Source: an uncultured Nitrososphaerota archaeon
Lineage (GTDB): Archaea > Korarchaeota > Korarchaeia > Korarchaeales > Korarchaeaceae
Direction: 5' to 3'
DNA: 48,545 bases
NCBI GenBank assembly: GCA_964594835.1
Contig: CAZQNA010000010.1
Location: forward strand, 1-48,545
Part shown: positions 43,441 to 48,545 of the stretch, piece after piece
Layout of the letters: each line of letters begins with the position of its first letter
Numbering within the stretch: position 1 is the stretch's first letter
Notes under the pieces: model-generated
The model's input: the letters and a program-made list of their open reading frames with translations, nothing else
The model's database searches: none
What the model was told of the DNA's origin: nothing
Position numbers and translations under genes: made by a program

Positions 43441-44808
43441 TCACCTCCCGCAGGCCGCCCGGAGCCTCTCGACGAACCTCCTCTCTCCGAGCACCTTAAG
43501 GGTCTCCCCGGACGAGAGGATCCTGTCAGCCTCAGGGTAGCCCGCCCTCCCGTCCCGCCCATAGACCGCCACGACCTTCAGGCCGAACTCCTCCTGCACC
43601 TGCCCCACGGTCCTCCCCTCAACCCTCCCGCCTACCCTCACGACCGCGTAGAGGGGCGCACCCTCCTCGAAGTAGGGGGACAGGGGCTGAAGGTCCTCCA
43701 TGTTGGTCGCCGCCACGATCTCCGCTATCCTCTCTCCAGCCCTCCCGTCTCCGAATGGGTTTCCGGCCCTCCTCGCCCTCCTCCTCCACGAGGACCTGTA
43801 GAAGAAATCCCTGACCGCCTTGACTATGCGACCGGAGTGGGCCCCGACGATCAGGCCGCCCGCCAGCTCCACTATCTCGGGCCTCTCCGTGTTGTCCCTG
43901 AGTATTGCGCACGGGACCCCCAGCGTGAACGCCTCCTCCTGAACCCCGCCGGAGTCGGTGGCCACGGCGGTCGAGGCCGAGAGGAGGTTCAGGAAGTCGA
44001 GGTACCCCAGAGGCTTGATGACCTTCACGTGGGGGGCCCTCACCAGGTCGTCCAGGAGGCCCCTCTCCCTGAGCACCCTCGCGGCGTGCGGGTGGACAGG
44101 CCACACGACCAGCGCCTCCTCCAACTCGAGCAGGGCGTTCACGATCCCGGCCAGCCTCTCAGGACGTTCCAGGTTCTCCCTCCTGTGCACGGTCACCAGG
44201 AGGGTCAGCTTGCTGGAGTCCACCCGGAGCTTCCTGAGGATCTTGGACCTCTCCCTCGCCACCGGGAGCATCGTGTGAACCGCGTCCACTACGGTGTTCC
44301 CGGTGAGCCTGACCTTGGAGGGGGGGATGCCCTCGTTCAGCAGGTTCTCCACGGCCCTCGCCGTGGGGGCGAAGTTGAGGGCGGCCAGGTGATCGGCGAC
44401 CCTCCTGTTGATCTCCTCGGGCATGGTGAGGTCGAAGCTCCTCAGTCCCGCCTCCACGTGGAGGAACGGGATCCCCAGCTTGGTGCAGGCCAGGGCCGTC
44501 CCGAGGACGGCGTTGGTGTCTCCCACCGCCAGGACCGCCTCGGGGAGAAACTCGCCGAGCACCTCCTCGGCCCTCATCATGGTCTCGGCCGTCTGGTATG
44601 CGTGACTCCCCGACCCGACGCCCAGCTCGGCCGCCGGCTCGGGCAGCCTGAACTCGTCCAGGAACACCCTACTGAGCTCCCTGTCGTAGTGCTGCCCGAC
44701 GTGGACGAGGTCGACTGGGATGCCCCTCCTCCCAAGAGAGTGTATTACTGGCGCCGCCTTGATTATCTCCGGCCGCGTGCCCACGAAGAATAGGAGGCCC
44801 CTGCCCAT
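43441..44808 (-). CDS. wecB: Non-hydrolysing UDP-N-acetylglucosamine 2-epimerase with C-terminal RCK_C/TrkA-C-like domain
   Basis: GTRPEIIK, GQH, GDT, HVEAGLRSFD..MPEEINR, TGNTVVD, HRREN, TDSGGVQEEA, TERPE, NPFGDG; extra ~75-aa tail. Confidence 0.95.
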   Translation of the reverse strand: MGRGLLFFVGTRPEIIKAAPVIHSLGRRGIPVDLVHVGQHYDRELSRVFLDEFRLPEPAAELGVGSGSHAYQTAETMMRAEEVLGEFLPEAVLAVGDTNAVLGTALACTKLGIPFLHVEAGLRSFDLTMPEEINRRVADHLAALNFAPTARAVENLLNEGIPPSKVRLTGNTVVDAVHTMLPVARERSKILRKLRVDSSKLTLLVTVHRRENLERPERLAGIVNALLELEEALVVWPVHPHAARVLRERGLLDDLVRAPHVKVIKPLGYLDFLNLLSASTAVATDSGGVQEEAFTLGVPCAILRDNTERPEIVELAGGLIVGAHSGRIVKAVRDFFYRSSWRRRARRAGNPFGDGRAGERIAEIVAATNMEDLQPLSPYFEEGAPLYAVVRVGGRVEGRTVGQVQEEFGLKVVAVYGRDGRAGYPEADRILSSGETLKVLGERRFVERLRAACGR

Positions 44809-44914
44809 GTTCTCACGTCGGCGCCCGCGTCACCTTTTTTAAAGTCGCCGTGAACACGCTCTCGGCGATCTTTGCCTCTAGCGCCTCGGCAGATGAGGGA
44901 GAGAGGGGATCTGC

Positions 44915-46495
44915 ATGCTCGTCCCGGAGCCCGTCAAGAAATTTTACGTATGCACGTCCAAGAACCTCCGCAGAGACCTGGCGGAGGCGCTCGTCGAGTT
45001 TGAGGAGGTTCACATGGAGCGGCCCGAGGACGTCCCCGGTCTCAAACCACCCTCAGAAGTCTCGACCGAATATCTGAGACTCTACTCTGAGCTCAAGAGG
45101 TCGGCGGAAAATCTGATAGCTCACCTCGGGAAGGCGCCAGAGGCCGAGTGGACCGGAGGAGACCTCACGCTCGAGGAGATGAGGGCTCTGCCGGAAGAGG
45201 TCGACCGGGCGATAGGCAGGCTTCTCGAGATTCAGCGGGAGCTGGAAAGGCCAGCCAAGCACGTCAAGAGGGACATCAAGAAGAAGCTCAAGGAGGCTAA
45301 GGCCAAGGTGCTCAAGGACCTCGAGGTGTTGTTCGCCAAGGTGGTACACGCCCTCGGTCAGATAAGGGGAGAGGCCGCTGTCGAGAAGCTAGAGTCCGAT
45401 TTCATGCTCGAGGGAGTCGAGCTGGTGCTCACCCAAGGATGGGTCCCGGCCAGCAAGGCGGAGGTGCTAAAGGAGAAGCTCTCGAGCAAGCTCGCGGGGT
45501 TCTTGGGAATAGAGTTCGAGGGGCCTAAGAAGGAGGACAAGCCGCCGACATACGTCCGCATCAGTAAGATCTTCAGACCGTTCAGGCTGCTGACACATAA
45601 GCTCTACGGCTGGCCCAAGTCTCGAGAACTTGACCCCACTCCAATCACGACCGTACTGTTCTCCCTAATGTTTGGTTTCATGTACGGCGACTTCGGTCAT
45701 GGATTAGTCTTGGCCCTGCTAGGCCTACTGATATACAAAAAGTCGAGAAGCGAGAACATGAGAGACTTTGGAGGAATACTGGTATCAGCTGGAATGGCGT
45801 CGATGCTGTTCGGGTTCCTCTACGGAGAGGCGTTCTTCATTCACCTAACAGAGCACAGCATTTTACCAGCGCCCTCTAAGGATCCGATGGGGCTAATTTC
45901 ACTATCACTACTATTCGGTGGTTTCGAACTTGCACTTGCATTCTTCCTTCAAGCCGTCAATAAGATAATCCAAGGGGATTTCTGGGGTTCCGTTCTAGAG
46001 TTTCGGGGCTTTGGGACCTTCTTTGCATACGTGGCTGCGTTTTACGCGGCCTATAGGAACGGTGCCGACATGACTGCTACCGTCGCCGATCCACTGTTTA
46101 AGTTGGCAGCCTTCATAGTCATGGTCACGGTCGCGTACCCAGTGTTTGAATCGCTCAAGCATGGTTACGGGGTTGGTGAAGGGGCCGTTGAAGGTATAAC
46201 GATATTCCTCGAGAGTTCCCTCTCGCTCTTGAGCAACAGCTTATCCTTCCTTAGGCTCGCTGGGTTTGCCATTTCACACGCCACCTTTGGCGTGCTAGCT
46301 CACGAACTTGCAGCCGAAGCTACATCAACTGCGGCACGCATTTTACCTCTCGTGATATTCAACGTATTTGGCATGGGGCTAGAAGGAATGGTCTCCTTCA
46401 TCCAAGCCCTTAGGTTGACCTTCTACGAACTGTTCACAAAGTTCTTCTCTGCTCAGGGACGCCCATTCATATCAGTGAGGGAACTCCTTGGCTAA
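44915..46495 (+). CDS. atpI: A/V-type ATP synthase subunit I (a)
   Basis: QGWVP, PPT, YG.P...ELDPT, FGFMYGDFGHG, GFLYGEAF, SNSLSFLRL, QALRL.FYELFTKFF..GRPF. Confidence 0.95.
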   Translation: MLVPEPVKKFYVCTSKNLRRDLAEALVEFEEVHMERPEDVPGLKPPSEVSTEYLRLYSELKRSAENLIAHLGKAPEAEWTGGDLTLEEMRALPEEVDRAIGRLLEIQRELERPAKHVKRDIKKKLKEAKAKVLKDLEVLFAKVVHALGQIRGEAAVEKLESDFMLEGVELVLTQGWVPASKAEVLKEKLSSKLAGFLGIEFEGPKKEDKPPTYVRISKIFRPFRLLTHKLYGWPKSRELDPTPITTVLFSLMFGFMYGDFGHGLVLALLGLLIYKKSRSENMRDFGGILVSAGMASMLFGFLYGEAFFIHLTEHSILPAPSKDPMGLISLSLLFGGFELALAFFLQAVNKIIQGDFWGSVLEFRGFGTFFAYVAAFYAAYRNGADMTATVADPLFKLAAFIVMVTVAYPVFESLKHGYGVGEGAVEGITIFLESSLSLLSNSLSFLRLAGFAISHATFGVLAHELAAEATSTAARILPLVIFNVFGMGLEGMVSFIQALRLTFYELFTKFFSAQGRPFISVRELLG

Positions 46496-46523
46496 TAGGG
46501 GCTCAAAGTCTTGGTCAAAAACA

Positions 46524-46535
46524 GTTTTTTATATT
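46524..46535 (+). promoter_or_regulatory. Putative internal promoter for atpK
   Basis: AAAAACAG followed by TTTTTTATAT in the 105-nt atpI-atpK spacer; SD GAGGTG before ATG 46601. Confidence 0.55.
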
Positions 46536-46600
46536 CTCTGGAAAGTCCGAGCGGCGCCTGGCAGCACTCAGGCGGGATAGGAGATCACGAGGTGTCGTAT

Positions 46601-46954
46601 ATGGCTAGGAGAAGGCTACTGAGATTCTTGAGAGGGAAGTTGTTGGTGGTCGTGGTGCTGGGCCTCCCCACAATCCTCCTACCGGCTTCCATTTCCTTAG
46701 CCAGCCAAGTAGTACAGGAGGAGCCCACTGCAGCTGGCGGCAACGGTAATTTGGGTTATATTGGTGCGGGGATCGCCGTCGTAGGTAGTACCATAGCAGC
46801 CGGGATCGCACTGTATGGAGTTGCCGTGGGTGGCAGCGCGCTGCTGGCAGAGCGGCCTGACATGTTTACCGCCGTAATTGTCCTAGGGGGCCTCGCTGAG
46901 GGTGTGGCCATCTATGGGTTCCTGATAGGCTACCTGATCCTAGGTAAGATATGA
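46601..46954 (+). CDS. atpK: A/V-type ATP synthase subunit K (c, single hairpin with signal-like leader)
   Basis: YIGAGIAV..IAAGIAL..AERP..GLAEGVAIYG with the conserved carboxylate. Confidence 0.93.
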   Translation: MARRRLLRFLRGKLLVVVVLGLPTILLPASISLASQVVQEEPTAAGGNGNLGYIGAGIAVVGSTIAAGIALYGVAVGGSALLAERPDMFTAVIVLGGLAEGVAIYGFLIGYLILGKI

Positions 46955-47075
46955 GTAGCCGACCAAAGGTTCTCTATTGGTTGCCACCCACCCTCTTTTA
47001 CGAGTCTACGTAACGCAATTTGGATGAAGGCCGCAGAGGATTGAATGCTGGTAATCAAAAGGTATCACTTAGGAA

Positions 47076-48095
47076 TTACTCCTCCTTCACGAGGTCGTAT
47101 ACTTTGTCTCCAGTGAGACCAGCTATTCTTGCTAGTAGTAGCGTCTTGATCCTGGTTGCTTCCCATTCGACCTCGATCAAATATGTGAGTAGGAACGCGG
47201 AAGACAGAGATCTCTTTATACCATATCTTAGGGCCCACACCGATATATCGCTGTACGCTGCCAGCTCCAAGACCCATGGTTGGCCGATCTCTTCGTAGGA
47301 TCTGAGCACCTCAGTTGCCAAATGCCTGTACCTCCCAATGCCCCCTAGAGACACAAGGGCAGGTTGGAGGTCTTCCGCGGAGACGATTATTTTATAGGCT
47401 GCCGGGTCTAGCCTCCCTTTGAACAGGTGAAGCCCCGACCTATCTCCCTTTAAGAGCATCTTCAGTGCCGAAAGTAGCAGAACTCTATCGAGGTAGATTT
47501 TCAGGATTTCTTTGAAGGCTTTGTCCTTACTCAGCGATTTGGCCGAATTAGCCTTGGCCAACAGCATATCGTGGTAGGTGGCGTCGAGGACTAAATCTAG
47601 CATGGTTAGATTTTCTCTTTGCTGTAACCAACTTCTCAAGGCAGATCTGACTTCACCCAACCTAATAAGACCTATGAGCTGGTCTACGGTACTAGCTTTG
47701 GCTAAAACCGGTATGTCTAGGAGAAACCCCTCTATAGGTAGAAGGGATTCCTCTTCGAGAGGGGTCCCCATCTCTAGAGAGTAAATGATTCTCCTTAGGT
47801 TCTCCAGATCATACTTCCCCATGTAGGCCCTGAAGAAGTCGCCCTCGTCGCCAGACATAATGGAGATTAACTGTCTGGCCCTTCTGGCCATCACCCTGGC
47901 GTGGGCCACTTCGATCTTGTCCGCCCTCCTCAGGTCCTCAGGCCCCGAAAAGAAAGAACCGTACTCGGTCTTCGTCAGCTCAGAGAAGAGGACCTCGTCG
48001 TCCGTGGTGAAGGCCCAGGACTTCAGTGCCTCCTCCGGCACCAAGCGGGTCTTAAGGCCATGGGCCCGGACGATCGCATACTTGAACCTACCCAA
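47076..48095 (-). CDS. atpC: A/V-type ATP synthase subunit C (d)
   Basis: YAIVRAHGLKTRL, LTKTEYG, KYDLENLRRII, LDATY, YLIEVEWEATRIK; coupled to atpD. Confidence 0.88.
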   Translation of the reverse strand: MGRFKYAIVRAHGLKTRLVPEEALKSWAFTTDDEVLFSELTKTEYGSFFSGPEDLRRADKIEVAHARVMARRARQLISIMSGDEGDFFRAYMGKYDLENLRRIIYSLEMGTPLEEESLLPIEGFLLDIPVLAKASTVDQLIGLIRLGEVRSALRSWLQQRENLTMLDLVLDATYHDMLLAKANSAKSLSKDKAFKEILKIYLDRVLLLSALKMLLKGDRSGLHLFKGRLDPAAYKIIVSAEDLQPALVSLGGIGRYRHLATEVLRSYEEIGQPWVLELAAYSDISVWALRYGIKRSLSSAFLLTYLIEVEWEATRIKTLLLARIAGLTGDKVYDLVKEE

Positions 48096-48096
48096 C

Positions 48097-48545
48097 TCAC
48101 TCCCTCCCCTTCACAGACTTGTACTTCTTAACCCGGAGGAATTCCTCCAGACCCTCTTCCTCCAACATTTCCTCGATGTACCTGCTCATCTCCCTGTGCT
48201 CTGGTATCACCAGCTTCTCCAACGCGTTCACCTTCCTCATTGTCTCCGCAAGACTCTCGGCGATCCTCTCGAACCTCGCCTCCACGTTCGCGGACTTGAT
48301 GACCACGTTTAGGGCCTCGGCCATCTTCTCCGCCGCAGCGATGACGGCGGCGTTGAGGGAGGGGGTCGTCACGACCTCCAGCTCCCTGACCTCGATCTCC
48401 GGGACCTCTACGCCTATCACGCTCCTTACCCTCATCTTGGTCCTCATGGGCCTCGCGAGGAGGGCCGCCTTTGAGGCCTCTGACGGCCCCGCTGTGGCGT
48501 AGGCAAGTCTGAGGACCTCGTACGCCTCGACCATCTTCTTCTCCG
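48097..48545 (-). CDS. atpD: A/V-type ATP synthase subunit D (5' part beyond window)
   Basis: SVIGVEVP, ETMRKVNALEKLVIP, YIEEMLEEEGLEEFLRVKK. Confidence 0.93.
   Translation of the reverse strand, partial: EKKMVEAYEVLRLAYATAGPSEASKAALLARPMRTKMRVRSVIGVEVPEIEVRELEVVTTPSLNAAVIAAAEKMAEALNVVIKSANVEARFERIAESLAETMRKVNALEKLVIPEHREMSRYIEEMLEEEGLEEFLRVKKYKSVKGRE

Noticed and set aside
46955-47075. Possible dif/terminus site at the ATPase convergence point
   Set aside because: No convincing 11-6-11 inverted repeat of the Xer/dif type could be identified.
1-48545. CRISPR arrays, IS elements, proviral or defence genes, rRNA
   Set aside because: No regularly spaced repeats, transposase or integrase motifs, or rRNA-like stretches were seen; nearly all sequence is accounted for by core genes.

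Overview
High-GC (roughly two-thirds G+C by spot counts), gene-dense archaeal chromosomal segment made almost entirely of core genes. It covers translation (rpl7ae, rps28e, rpl24e, aIF5B, rps6e, aIF2-gamma, class I LysRS), transcription (TFB, TBP, Rpo12, Rpo6, Alba), replication and repair (GINS23, intein-containing MCM, Hel308, Lhr), tRNA maturation (RNase Z, Trm11, TrmI, TgtA), four CCA-encoding tRNAs (Gly-UCC with a BHB intron, Thr-GGU, Leu-CAA, Pro-GGG), the thermosome, a non-catalytic proteasome beta subunit and a split, convergent A/V-ATPase cluster (I, K versus D, C). TACK-like traits together with an oapABC/arvABC small-GTPase operon suggest a Korarchaeia-like lineage (inference). No CRISPR array, transposase, integrase or rRNA was seen. 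Most notable: (1) a ~2.2 kb low-GC block with both boundaries inside intact ATPase genes, covering the membrane rotor/stator parts; (2) several genes that appear to need CTG or other non-standard start codons; (3) tRNA-Gly(UCC) with C33 instead of U33; (4) tandem TATA architectures upstream of both tfb and tbp; (5) the arvABC vesiculation operon; (6) a radical SAM enzyme with a ferredoxin-like Cys insert inside its cluster motif; (7) a WecB-RCK_C fusion. All calls come from motif recognition by eye; no database searches were run.
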